Source: Eutreptiella sp. 'Long Island Sound 2002'
Lineage: Eukaryota > Protista > Euglenida
Direction: 5' to 3'
Length of the DNA: 64,000 bases
NCBI GenBank assembly: GCA_964036045.1
Contig: OZ038379.1
Span: 65,596,001 to 65,660,000, forward strand
Shown: positions 38,590-51,100 of the stretch, piece by piece
Numbering within the stretch: position 1 is the first letter of the stretch
How the letters are laid out: the number at the start of each line of letters is the position of its first letter
The notes under the pieces: model-generated
Database searches by the model: none
What the model saw: only the letters and a program-made list of their open reading frames with translations
Told to the model about the DNA's origin: nothing
Program-made: the position numbers and the translations under genes

Positions 38590-40400
38590 CCTTGTTTGCT
38601 CTTGTGATGCCTTTCTCTTGGCACACCCTTCTCAAGTTCAGCATGTGGCTTGCAGATGTGATTGGTGCTATGTGTTTACGTGTCCCTTTGGTTGCAAAAC
38701 TCCTTGCTGAGTGGGTGGCTTCATCCCCTTTGGCCAAGGCCGGGTTGGGCTGACGCCACGGACATTGGGCTACCCCACGTTCACTCGCACTAAGCAAATT
38801 TCGGTGGTGAAGCAGTATGCGTCCTTTCTCTTTCCCGTGCCCGAAGTATTCGGGCTCCTCATTGAATGGAACGTTCTAAGGGTTGGTGTCAAGAACGTGT
38901 CCGAGTACATCACTATGCGGGGGGGGGGGGGGGCATACACGGCCGCAACGGGTTATCCGTTCCCCCGGCCCATCTCCAGACGGCACAATTCGTTGGGCAC
39001 GTAGAAGGAAATGGCCAAGCTCGCCTTGAGTTGCAGCCTCCCGTGTCCATGGACGCTCCAAACACAAGTGGCGGCGCATGGCCGCTTGAATCGTGGGGGC
39101 GCTATGTCCAATTGCAGCCTTCACTTGAAGATGTTGTTAATTCGACGACACCTCTCACATTCTTTGTGCGTTGGGATGTGTACCCATGTGCCGGTGGAGT
39201 TGGATCCAACTCTCTGTTGGACTAGCCCACCAAGGTGCACTAGGCTGGCCACCCGCACCTTTGTGGCTGATTGGGATGGCCGTGTGCGGTGACAATGACA
39301 GGCAAGAACTACCAACGCTGTGCGCCGAATCCTTGCACGTTTGTGCCCCCTATTTTGTTTGTGAATTTTTCATTAATAGCGCCGGATTAATCTCCAGACT
39401 TTTGTTAATGTTGACTCGGTTGCTAGGAAACAACCTAAGTCCAACCCGCAAATATCAAATCATATGTTGAGCCCCCTTCTCTCCCTGGTTTTGCAATCGA
39501 CCCACGATTGCAAGAAGTTGCATTTGGCAACCAAGTAGGAGTCGAGCGAGCTAGTTGTTGGGTGATACTAGCCCTTCGTGCGCCGCCTTCGATACCACTC
39601 ACGCCGGGCTCCATTTACAATGCAGAGTTGGGGTCAACGGTGTCGCGGCATGGTCAACCACGGCCACGCGGCACAAACTCCTTGGTGAGGCGGCCGCCCG
39701 TGACCGCCACAAGGAGACGAGCCGTAGCTTGGAGAACAGGGGATGCATAGGGGACCCAGATGGTGTGGTCGACCTATGTTTGGTCCTCCTAATCATCCTC
39801 TATTGTTGCATGGCCATGGGCCGCCGCCAAGTAGGCTTCATTGAGGCGCCCCTTGCGGCTCCCCCCACGGAGAACACCGAGGCATTGCAGCGGGTTCGCT
39901 ACCAAATCCGCAGGGGTGTAAGTTGGGGGCGGCGGCCGCGCCAGACGCCGAGGTGTCATGGCCGTTGTTCTTGGGGTCGGAGGAGCTTGGCTCACTACTG
40001 GCCTGTGCCCCGGAGGATGGTGAGTGGTAAGCGGTGGTTGTTCTACGAAACCTCCTCCGGGACTTGTACTCCGACAAGCCACCCATGAGCGAGCATAACA
40101 CGCCAAGTGTTGCAAGCCCGGTGGCCAATCAAAGTACCTTGTTTATTTGGAGAAGGATATTACGACGGTGGTTGCCAACGCTGCACGTTTGGGGGTTGGA
40201 TCGGCGGTGCTGTGTGCGCATGTCTTTGACAGTCTCAACGCCATCCTTAAGGGCGCCTACAACCACCGCACGGCCGGCGAGGCGGTATGTCAGGTTCATG
40301 GGGTTTGCAACCGGATGTTCAGGCCGTATTGCAAGCATGGAAGTGGTGGCTCCTCCATTTCGACCTACCGCTACATACTAAAGGGCCACTGTGTAGCAGG
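38590..40400 (+). pseudogene. RAG1-core/Transib-like transposase, family 1, copy 4 (most complete, decayed)
   Basis: LVMPFSWHTLL...KLLAEWVASSPLA; FFVRWDVYPCAGG; WLIGMAVCGDND; intron ~39339-39487; GGDTSP; IILYCCMAMGR; LRNLLRDLYSDKP; QSKYLVYLEKDITTVVANAARLGVG...VFDSLNAILKGAYNHRT; QAWKWWLLHFDLPL. Confidence 0.75.
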
Positions 40401-42268
40401 CCATGTACAATAGCCAAGCTAGTGGCAACCCACAGCCCACCACCCTGCACTCTTCTCGCTCATCTCCCTTTAGCTTTGTTGTCCCCATTCCATGGTTGCT
40501 GCCATGAAGGCGATGTCGGACATGTTGACATCCATTCTACAGGCCACCAATCGAAAAAGGTATTTTTTGTGCACTCGGGGAAGTGGTGGAGCGTTTGTCG
40601 CGGTTGATTGAATATCCGTAGCTTAATATTAGCATTCGCTCCTATTAACGTTTAGTTTATGATTTAAGTTTCTCGCTTGTAGTATGACCCCCCAAAATAT
40701 GAATGCAGAGTTTCGAAAATTGCAATTTTAGTTCTTCTTTAGCCGCAGAAGGAGAGCATTGAGGAGCGCCAAGCTCAAGGTCCCGAAGCCACATCTCAAG
40801 CTGTAGCACCTCCACAAACTCCACTTCCTCATCAACTGCCGCCCTTTCCCTGCCAAGAGGCGTCAAGCGACGACTCCTTGGATAGGAGGCGAAGAGAGAA
40901 GAAGAAGGAGAAGAAGAAAACGAAGAGGGAGAGAGAGGGAGAGGGAGAGGGAGAGGAAGAGAGCAGAGTGCATGGGGGGGGGGTTAGAGGATGTGTTCGG
41001 CGATTGGGTGAAACATGAGGGGTGTACGAGGTGCTTTGGGGGGTTGGACACGCAAAAAAAACTCAACCCCCACACCTCCTCCCCCGGTGGTTGTCAAAGG
41101 CCCCGGGTCTAGGCAGTTCCTATGTTGCAACGTATCAATAGGGCCGCGGTCGGATTTGGCCGAGGCCTGCTTAGCATAGCAAACAATTTTCTTTGGGGTT
41201 GGGCACAATCCTATGACTTTGCAGTTGTGGGCGCTGGGTGCGCTGCCTTTTTAGGAAGCACGGATCGGGGTAGGGCAGCTCGGGGAAGGACTCAATTGGG
41301 TAGGGGACTGTTTCTGGCCCCGAGTGCCGGGCGCCGCCATGGCACCGGTGCCCGAGCCTTTCAATGCGGGGTCCCTCTCAACATTCAACCTGCTGGGTGA
41401 CCCGTTGGACGTCTTTTTTCCTATGGCCAAGTACCTTGTGATCTTGCCTCACTCGTCTGGGATGGGTCGTGGAGGGAAGCACTACCATTTTACCCCACCT
41501 CGGGGGAACATGCTTCCGCCCCCGGTGCTAGTGTAACCCCCATAGGCATAGCCTTCGTGCGAGGGTGATCGGTACTCTCCCCCGCGCCACCCATCCCAAG
41601 CACCCCACCAAAATTGCGGCGACAGGAGCCATGCAAGGTGCAGTGGAGGCCGGTGAGCTGATAACCAGTCAACTCACCCTGCTTTTTTTTTGTCCTCTTC
41701 AGCTTGCCAAAGTGACGGTCAATGCGAACAATAACCATCCTATCCGTAGAACAAGGAGGGACCCATAGGGCTCCAAGGAAATACCCCTGGGGAGCCTTCA
41801 ATGTATCTTGACCTAGGATGCACTCATGGGCCTTTCCCTACTATGTGGCTTGCAACACAGGGAAGCAGGCCGGGTGGTAGGTGTAGTCTGGGTGACATCG
41901 AAGGGGTATCAGCCCACATAGTGGGCCAAGCTGGCAGAGATAGGGTTCACGGTGGCACAGGATTGGGACCTGTCGGTGCAATAGGTGATGAAGGGGAAAG
42001 AAGTGGGAACAAGAAGGGGGATTCCACCACCATGACCCCCGCCACACCTGCAGCCCCCCCCCCCCCCAAGTGACAGGCAAACCCTAGCCCCCACTCTAAA
42101 ACCCCGGGGGAAAGCGTTTTCAATTTGACTCGCCTTCCAGGTCTAGCCATGGTGCAATCCCCCCTGCCAAGAAGCCCCAGGCACCCCCAACCCCCCACCA
42201 ATACCTCCAAATCCACCCCTACCCCAAAGACAAACGACCCAACGAAGCCCCCTCCCCGCCCCCCCACC

Positions 42269-43150
42269 TTAGCGACGGTCCCAACGACCTAGTTTTCGTG
42301 ACCACTGTGCACATCCCCTACCCTTGGCCCCGTTGGCCTTGTTGAGGATGTTGTTGAACGTCGTCTCCCTCTTCTTTGCCTCTTCGTGCCCCTTTTTCCT
42401 CGCCATAGCCTGATCTTGCAACCCCACGTTTTCCTCCTTGAAGTACTTCACGCCCGCCTTCAGGAATGGGATCACCTCGTCCCTCCCCACTAGCCGAGCT
42501 TTTGGGCTGTCGACCCGCACAGCCGAGGGGATAGTGTCCCTCACGGCAACCCCGAACGCCCCGTCAGGGTGTCACGGCATTTGGTAGTGACCCGGTGTGC
42601 CATATCGTTGGCGCTCAAAACGGCGGCGGCGGCCGGGGGTTGGGGGGGCACGTGGAGGGGGGCTTCACCCCTAGGGGTCTGTTGGAATGGCTTTGTTTTG
42701 GGCCTCTCGGGGGCGGGGGAACTCGGCTCCCCTTCCATCTCCAAGGCCTGCCCCATCGCGTGCCCCTGCCCCCCCTCCCCCATACCCCCCCCAATTTTGG
42801 CGGGTGTCCACCCACTCCGCCCATCGCTTGTGGACCATATCACCCACTGCCTCAGCCCCGTTCCCCGACTATTCCGCAAGCTTTGCACCCCCAGCAACCC
42901 GGCCTCAAGATCGTACAGCATGTAGCTGGAGATAAAAACCCCCACCCCAAACCTCGAGGGGGGGGGGTGCCCTAGCCGCCTGAAAGAGGAGGCTTGATTT
43001 TTCCCCACTGGTGCTATATCCACGGCATCGTCCACTTGCTCTTCCAAGGTGGAGGCCGGGGGGTTGGGGGCCCGGCCGGGGGGCTTGACATAGGTCCCGG
43101 TTGGGGTGAGGGTGGGCCACTTGTTGATGGTGACCCACGGTAGAAGACAG
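42269..43150 (-). pseudogene. Unknown decayed ORF containing a chromodomain-like segment (~42802-42925)
   Basis: YDLEAGLLGVQSLRNSRGTGLRQWVIWSTSDGRSGWTP resembles the Y.VE.IL...LVKW.G...TWEP pattern; it continues via a frameshift into VGRDEVIPFLKAGVKYFKEEN. Confidence 0.35.
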
Positions 43151-45149
43151 GTGATCATTGCACTAAAAACCATGCTAAAACCTCCGTTGGGACTGCTTCC
43201 AGTGTCGGAACCCCGCGCCGAAACCCCCCTTTGAACCCCTACCACTAGAACCTCCGCCGGAACCGGTTCCAACGGGGGTTCCAGCGTGGGTTCTAGCAAT
43301 AATACAAAATCGTAACGTGGCATTGAATATGCCAAGAACAAGACACCACAAGTGTTGTGCCTCCTCCTCGCCTCCAGACAATGCACACCAGCTAGCTGTG
43401 ACACAACAGCTTGCCGGGCTTGCTGGGGTTCGCCACCAGCAGCTCGCACGCGACAAGCACGGATGGGTCGATGAGGTGCAGCTCTAGGCCGGCTTGGTCC
43501 CACTGGACCTTCTCCGCTTTGACGTCCTCCGTGGCGGTAATGGCGAGGCCATGAATTTTGTCCCGGTGGATGACGAGAAGGGATCCAGGGGGGGGTCCGG
43601 AGGATGGCGTACGTGGCGGGGGTGATGGTAGGGAGGCCCCGCTCGGCCCCGTGCACGAAGGCAACGAGGCGGCAGGGTCCTCCTCGGGGTCGATGTGGTT
43701 CGAGCCCTTGGAGGGTTGGGGTTCGAGGTAGTGGTGTGTCTAGAGGGTTGCGGTGGTGAGCGGGAGGAAGACGATAGCAGCGAGGCCGCCTACATCGGTG
43801 CACTAAGGCTCCTCTTGGCTAGCCCCCCCCCCCTCCCAACCCCCCCGTGCGGGCTCATGTCAACCTCCCCGTCACATTTGGTACACTGCATTGCACTGTT
43901 TTGCTTGCAAAGTGGGACCTGATTGCAGGAAAAACAAACATCCCCCATTTAGGCGCGACGACAGCCCCCCCCCCCCCGCATTCCTCTTGGACTAGGACAC
44001 GGTCCCGGGAGGGCTTTGTAGGGGCCCCCGGGGGAGGGGGGGGTTCCGCATCGTGGCTTCGTAGTTCACCCAGTGCGTGCCCATGGCCATAAAGGCAATA
44101 ATGCGGGCATCACTAGGGACGATGTTGGCATGGACCCCCCCCGGCCGTTGTCTTGGTGGATGCACCGGCTGTCAAGCACGCACAAGTCCGCCATCCCCAA
44201 TGCCAACACGGCAGTTAGGCATGGGTTGGGGACGCCCTCTTGTGAGCCCAATACCACCCTGCCCACATTCTCATCCCTGGGATGTCCACGTGGACATCGC
44301 TGAATACAACCAACACATGGATTTGTGCCGTGCCAAGGGCAAGGGCCATGTCCCCGTGCCAAAATTGGCGCTCCTTGCCGTGCACGCGCACAAGCAATAG
44401 CTAAATGGGTACGGAGTCGGTTGTTTTACAAAAAAAATGGTTTCTTGGTTTTTTTTGCCGTTTTTTGCCGTTTTTGGCCGCGGGTTGGTGTTTTTTCACG
44501 TTTTTTTGGTGTTTTTTTTTGTTTTTTCACGGTGATATTAGGTACAGACGCATCTTGTGGTACCAAGGAAGCATTGTTTTTTGAATATTTTTGGCATTCC
44601 TTGTTTCTCCGACGTCTTCTTGCAGATAATTTTTTTGTTTTTTTCCCTCATGCATGATGTGCCAAGTAGTTCTACAATGGGGAAAACACATATATGGGAG
44701 TTGTGGGATTTGGGATGTTACGTCCCAATTTCATGGCATGAACATGTGCAATGGGTGCCACACCTATATAGGAGATGTGGGATTTGGGATGTTACGTCCG
44801 TGTGTCATGGCATGTATATGTGCAATCGGCGATCACATAGCAAATAGAGGTGTAAAGGAGGTCACAAAAAGAAAGTAGATGGGATGTGGGATCAGGGATG
44901 TCTGGTATGGGATGTGGGACATGGCATGTGGGATGTGCATTGCAAATATGTACAACATGTCCGTTGTTTCCCCCTCTTCGTAGCGTATGTTTTGTTGATG
45001 CCTGGCGTCTGGGTCACTGTCATTTGACAGGCCCAGTGATACACTGTGCCCCATGCACGCGCACCGCTGATGCACACTGCACAACCGCAGTTGGTGACAC
45101 ATTTCACTGCAAGGCTTGCGCCTCTCCACCACCACCACCACCAAACCGA

Positions 45150-46090
45150 GGCCGGCGGCGCCTGTTTCACAAGCAGTGACAAAAGGGCCGGCCGTGGTTG
45201 AAATACATCAACGACCTCATGCACTGCGCTACTTCTCGGATGCACCCCAAGCCTGGTGGCTCCCCTATGGGCCGAGGGCACCAGCAACTTCCGCGCCTCA
45301 GCCGTGAAGAAGCATGATTGCTCCGGTCCCCACCATGTTGCACTGGCAATGTGGATATCTAACGGTCACAAGTCCTCTGCCCTAGGGACCCCGTCGCCGC
45401 ACGTATGCGACAGGGTGCTAACGGCGTTCCGAGCGGTGTACCAAGGGGAGAAAAGCAGGTGGTTCCTTCCAGGACTTTCTTGGGGATGTGACTATGATCG
45501 AGCTCTCTGGTGGCAATGTCCTTCCGGGCTACCGCTCCGAGTTCTCTGCCCGTGGCATTCTTGCGGCCATAGCAGTGCCTTTCCGCAACACCCAAGGCAC
45601 AATCATCTAGAGCGCCGAGTACTTGGCTCTTGCTTCGGATTCGGCCACGGACAGGGCCGCCCACAAAGCAGAGCTAGTCTACTACCGGACCATGTTTGAA
45701 GGAAAGCCCCGGACGGCGTTCTTGTCGTGCCAAGCCTTGCCAAATGGTACGGCTTCCGGGATCTTCTCCTCGTACAAGCGTGCCTTTACCGCTGCTGGTT
45801 TGGAGGTTACCGATTGGATCCCCAAGCTGGTGTGGTACTGTGCTGACGGTGCCACAGTTATGCAAGGCCGGCAAGAGGGTGTGTATGCCCTTTTTCCGTG
45901 ACCTGCAGCAGGATATCTGTGGATGGTCGGTGGTGGTGCCGATCCATACGAACTGCCACCGCACAGACCTTGCCATCAAGGCCGCTCTTAGTGCCGGGCA
46001 CGCTTTCGTGGATGTCGTGGCCAACAGCATGCAGCAGGTGGCGCTCTTTTGGAACAATAGCCCGGCACGCCTCCCCGCAACAAGAAATAG
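45150..46090 (+). pseudogene. hAT (ZNF862-like) transposase, decayed and 3'-truncated
   Basis: TTF-type Zn finger remnant (RPWLKYINDLMHC...GTSNFRASAVKKHDCSGPH); LASDSATDRAAHKAELVYYR...FLSCQALPNGTASGI; KLVWYCADGATVMQGRQEGV; IHTNCHRTDLAIKAA (cf. HC.AHRL.LA). Confidence 0.88.
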
Positions 46091-46357
46091 CAACAGCCAT
46101 TGGAATTGAAAAATGGTGGGAAAACGCCACTTCGGGGCGCAAGGCCGAAGCAACCAATCTGCAACATAGTGTTGTTTTTCTGCTTTGTGTTGTTGAATGG
46201 TTGAGCTGTTGAGTGACACCATGCTATGAACCCTTAAAAAACATGTTAATTGCCTGGGAAACACATTTGAGGTCACAGGGATGTAGAAAAACAACATTTT
46301 GGGTGAAAAAAAAACACAAAAAAACGGTATATTTTTTTTTAAAAAAACACCTTTCAG

Positions 46358-46822
46358 GGTGCACGGGTGTCACTGGGGTCCGTGACACCCGTTTATCTAA
46401 TCCTTGCACGTGCACATAACCTGCACGGATGAGGCGCATTTGCACCTCCAAGTTTCGGGTTGGAAGGTTGACATTGTTTCGGGCGAAGGCCTCCAAGTGT
46501 GGCAACTTGTGGGTTGGGGTCGTATCCTTATGGGGGATGTGGTGTGCTTTTGGGCCATGGTGGGCCATGGGTTGGCATAAACCGCGGCCGTCTTCCCGGG
46601 GTTTGGCTTCTTGTGGGCGTTAGGGAAACCGAAAATGGAATTTGAAAATACCCTCCCACACCAGGCCGGACTAGCACTTCGCCTCCGTGCGGAGGTCAAC
46701 AAGGGATGGGGTGTCCTCAGGGTCCCCAACGGGTGGGATGACGTGGGTTTGGAGGGAGGTGCCAACGTCCACCAAGCGGGTGGCCACTATGGGTACTTGC
46801 TTTTGGTCATAGCCCTAGTGAC
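46358..46822 (-). pseudogene. Splice-bounded decayed exon of unknown function
   Basis: Acceptor TTTAATCTAG|GTCAC and donor GAAAG|GTGTTT bound one frame with three stops (GH*GYDQKQVPIVATRLV...RTPVTPVHPER). Confidence 0.35.
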
Positions 46823-49214
46823 CTAGATTAAAGCCAATATGATTAATTTGGTGAATATTTAATGACATTGATGCAAGCTATTGTGTTTTTGCATGATGTT
46901 TGGGACATACCTATGGGAATTTTCCAACCCTACCGTGTGGCTTGCGTGTTCGGTGGTCATTTTCATCCGGGGTTTAGGTTGGGGGGGGGGGGGGCACCGC
47001 TGAAAATCTACATAAATGTTAAAATGGTACTTGGCATTAATATTTCAAATATATTTATTTGGCATCAATGTCTCATATAAAAAATTGTTTTGTCGCTGGC
47101 ATTAATATTAACCTGAAGATATTAACTGAAATATTACATTGTCCCATGAACGCACAAACACACACAACAACACATACAACATACTTTGAAGCCGTTTTTT
47201 TTCCTTTATGGCCGGCTGGGTCCGTTTGCAGGCCATTACCCTTCGTTGGAGCCCTTTCCGGGGCACCCCCTGTTTTGTTGTTGGCTTGGGAGGTTAGTGC
47301 CTTGGTGAGGTTCCGTTCGGGATTGGGGTTGTTGGCGAGGTTAGTTTGGGGGTTATGCTTGGGGTCAGAGGGGTTAGCGGGGGGCTTGGCCTTCTTCCTC
47401 ACCCCACTAGCTGCTGGCGAGCTTTTCAGCACCCTTGGCGGAGGGGAAGAGGAGGTGACGGGGCACCTCGTAAAGGGTGGTGTTGCTTGGGCATTCCCCC
47501 CAAACAAGACCACCCTTGGACCGATGGACACCGCGAACGGTGCCCATCTCCACCTTCAAGGGGTAGACTCAAAGGATTGAACCCTTGGGCCGGACCCGAC
47601 GGGATGCCCCTGGGAAAGGGCAGGGATGGGGAGGCGTGGACCAAATGTTGGCTCGGCGTGCACGCGCGAACACACGCGCGCGCGCTAAGCACCCGCCTTG
47701 CCGTGTAGGACAAGGCATTGCCGGAACGACTTTGGCGGTCATGCGCACATTGTGGGCATGAACACGTGCATTGTGTGTGGGCGTTCACGAACTCGTCCTT
47801 TTTCACGGGGATGTATTCCAGTACAAAGTGCCACGGCGTTTGCGGTGATTGCTTGTGACCCGCCCCCCCCTGGAAGTGTGCCTGGGAAGTGCTCCCGCTA
47901 ATATGAACATTCTACTTGCAACTAGTACATGTTTGGATGCCCCTTTTAGTACTCTTTGCGCTTGGGGGTTTGATCTTGAAGCATGGCATACGTGTGTGCA
48001 GTCCTGTGTGTCCTATGTGTGTCCCATGTGTGTGTTGGAACAGAGAGAGTGGTGGGTCATGAGAGTGTGCAAACACTTGCACGTTGCTCGGGCACTTGAC
48101 TAGCGGGGGTTCTAGCGTTGGAAACCCCCGCGAGAAACGGTTCTAGCGGGAGGTTCCAGTATTGACAAGTCTTCCAGCAGCTGGGGTTCCGAGGGGGGTT
48201 GGAGCGCTAGATCCGGTTCTAGTGGGGGTTCCAGCGGGGTTCTAGCAGGCCTTCAGTGTGCCCCATCCTTTTGTCCATAGCTACCATGCCAGCTATGAAT
48301 ACACAAGTTGATCGATTTTTGGCATCATTACCTCCCTTGAAGGCGTATGGTCCACTTGGGCGGCAACATGCACAAGACCGCCCGGCCCTTACCCAAAGGA
48401 TATGTGTCGCCCTACTAGTGGACGACACAATCAAGATGATGGAGACCCCGGGAGGGATCTTTCCAAGGGTGGCGAGCATTTTGGAGGACCGCGCTCTACA
48501 ATGTGCCATTGGGGTGTGGAAGTGGGTGAGGCGTCTACGGTTATCCATCCGTCAACCGTACAAGCTGCCTAGGGACTGCACACGGGAAGACCTAGACCAT
48601 GCGCGGGCAGCCTTCACTCCGTATTCAACACTTGCATGGGTGCTCACTGAGGAGGAGGGGGGGGGGGGCAACAACGGAGTACAGTAACACATACACTTGA
48701 GCTTGTCATCTACATGCAGCGTCATCTAGCCCATCATGGAGAGGATTTAAGGGTGACCACCCGAAAAATATGGGTGGTGATGTGCCCGGATGCCACACAC
48801 CTGTGGCGGACATCACTCACGAAGTGTGAGGTGTTTGTCCATTGTTGGGATGAAGGGATTCGGCCCGGGGGGGGCGACGCCGCGGGTCCTAGGACGCCAA
48901 CTACCCCCCCCCCCCCAAGGGGCCTCCGGCCGACAGTTAGTTGTCAAAGGTATGAGCCCAAGGAGCCAACGGGCGCCGAAGGCGCCGAAGGCGCCCAATG
49001 GGGTTATGTAGCCACCTTGCCCACTTGTGGGCCCTTTTCTGATTCTGCCCTCCGCTCTGAGGCGTTGGGGATCCCCTAGGCGGCAGGGGTTATGTAGCCA
49101 CCTTGCCCACAAGTGGGCCAATTCTGATTCTGCCCCCCCGCTCTATAGCGGTGGCTATTTGGGCGTCTGGCCGTACTAGAGACCCATACTTTGAGATACT
49201 AGGGGCCCCTAGGG

Positions 49215-49670
49215 GCATCATGGTGACCCCCGGCGTAGGTTTTGAGTTCTGATTTTGTTCCCTTTGTTGGGGACCCCCGAGAATGCAGGGGTGATGTAGC
49301 ATTTCCGCCCTCTTTTGGGCCCCAACCGTCCGGTGCTATTGAGGAAACCGGGACAATCTTTGAATCCACGCTTTGTTGCGTGGTGCATCAAGGTGACCCC
49401 CGGCGTAGGTTTTGACTTCTGATTTTGTTCCCTTTGTTGGGGACCCCCGAGAATGCAGGGGTGATGTAGTATTTCTGCCCTCTTTTGGGCCCCAACCGTC
49501 CGGTGCTATTGAGGAAACCGGGACAATCTTTGAATCCATGCTTTGTTGCGTGGTGCATCAGGGTGACCCCCGGCGTAGGTTTTGACTTCTGATTTTGTTC
49601 CCTTTGTTGGGGACCCCCGAGAATGCAGGGGTGATGTAGCATTTCCGCCCTCTTTTGGGCCCCAACCATC
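49215..49670 (+). repeat. 170-bp tandem repeat (~2.7 copies)
   Basis: GGTGACCCCCGGCGTAGG starts at 49222, 49392 and 49562. Confidence 0.97.
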
Positions 49671-50202
49671 ATGGTGAGATGTAGCCAATTCGCCGGACCC
49701 GGCATCTGAAGATCCCTGCCTCGAGCTTTCATACCCCGGCTCGAGGAGGAGGCAATCAGGGGCTTGGAGATCCCTGCCTCGAGCTTTTCCCCGGCTCGAG
49801 AAGGAGGCATTCAGGGGCTTTCTTTCTTCTTTTCCTTTCTCGTAGGTGTAGGCGTAGGCAGGGCTGACGTAGCCACCTTGCCCACAAGTGGGCCACTTCT
49901 GATTGTTGCGTCTGTGGCGTCGCGATTTTCCGCGTTTTCTTAGGTAAGTGCGTCAAGGGGCGGTTCCCTTTGCCAAAAGTCGTTCAGCCACCACCGTGCC
50001 CAAACCCAAACCCGTGTGTGCCGAAACCTAAACCAACACAACTGCACTCGCCGCAGAGCGATGGGAGTAGGCCTCCGGGAAAGCATTCACCGCAGAGCGA
50101 CGGGAGTAGGCACGGTGCGGCTGGCGAGGCGGCTAAAGTATCGTTGCACAAAGATGTCTTTTCCGCTGGTGCTACCTCATCTTTCCGTTTTGTTTAGTAG
50201 AC

Positions 50203-50738
50203 ATGCCTGCAAAGAAAGCAAAGAGAACCACGGAGGAGAAGAAGTTGTTGGCTCGCCCTTGTTACATCTGTGAGAAGAAGGGCTGCCAAATCCTTTGCCT
50301 CCATTGCGGCGTAGCATTCCACCCGCATTGTGACATGCATGACCACTGCCCCAACGCCCCAGCTCAAGACGGTGACGGCGAGCAGGACATGGGTGGGGTG
50401 GGCCCGGCGATGCCACCTTGCGACGGCAAATGTGGCGGTATGTACGCCAACACCGGAGAATGCGGCTGTACGGACGAGATATGTGCATGCTGCAAATCCA
50501 CGAGACCGTTTGATGCGTGCCATCCAAGGCTCAGGCCCGGGCCTCCCCATGCTGCCTACTCTAAATGTGGACCCTGAGTCCGGACCAATTGTTGGCGACA
50601 CTTCTCCGAGGCATCTTCCGGGGCGGAGCGTTCTCGCCCGTTGCAGAGTGTAGGGAGGAGGAACCAGGTGTTTAGTTGGCAGCCAAAGAAGAGGTCGGCC
50701 GCCGCAGCATATGATTCTGATAGCTCATCAAGTGAAGG
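50203..50738 (+). CDS. Cys-rich protein or exon with an N-terminal PHD-like zinc finger (in-frame TGA at 50575-50577)
   Basis: MPAKKAKR (basic, NLS-like), then CYICEKKGCQILCLHCGVAFHPHC and further Cys clusters. The frame continues past the TGA to a GAAG|GTGAGT donor-like site at ~50739. Confidence 0.5.
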
Positions 50739-50775
50739 TGAGTTATTTAAGTAAGGGCTTTTTCCTGTGCCCTTA

Positions 50776-50888
50776 TTAGGTCGATACGTAGAAAGTGTTC
50801 CAAGGAGCCACTCTTGGTCTTAGGCCCCTCCCTCCTTAGGTCGATCCGTAGAAAGTGTTCCAAGGAGTCAATCTTGGTCTTAGGCCCT
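50776..50888 (+). repeat. 60-bp tandem duplication
   Basis: TTAGGTCGAT(A/C)CGTAGAAAGTGTTCCAAGGAG..A.TCTTGGTCTTAGGCCC occurs twice. Confidence 0.95.
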
Positions 50889-51035
50889 TCTTTTTCATTC
50901 CTCGAAACGTTTGGGGAGAAGGCTGCTGCAAGTGTGGTGTAAGCGGGGAGGGGTGATGTACCATCATGGCGGTGTGGTCCGAGGCCACCGCCCCGAGTTG
51001 CTATGACCACACGTTTGCAGTTGCATTCCAACCCC

Positions 51036-51043
51036 TATATATA

Positions 51044-51080
<37 letters not shown>

Positions 51081-51100
51081 TTGTATGTATGTATGTATGT
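51036..51100 (+). repeat. (TA)n plus (TATG)n microsatellite
   Basis: Direct reading. Confidence 0.97.

Noticed and set aside
40387-40393. CACTGTG (RSS heptamer complement) just after family 1 copy 4
   Set aside because: It lies inside the still-coding C-terminal frame (KGPLCSR), with no nonamer at 12 or 23 bp and no partner end found; a 7-mer is expected by chance (others at 7348, 30390, 42303).
46400-46826. Plus-strand GDVVCFWAMVGHG as a TET/JBP or 2OG-Fe dioxygenase
   Set aside because: No HxD motif or terminal Arg strand; the composition suggests the antisense of a splice-bounded minus-strand exon.
50203-50577. PHD-like ORF as a RAG2 homologue
   Set aside because: No kelch repeats, co-oriented rather than convergent, and inside a later insertion bounded by its own TIRs and TSD.
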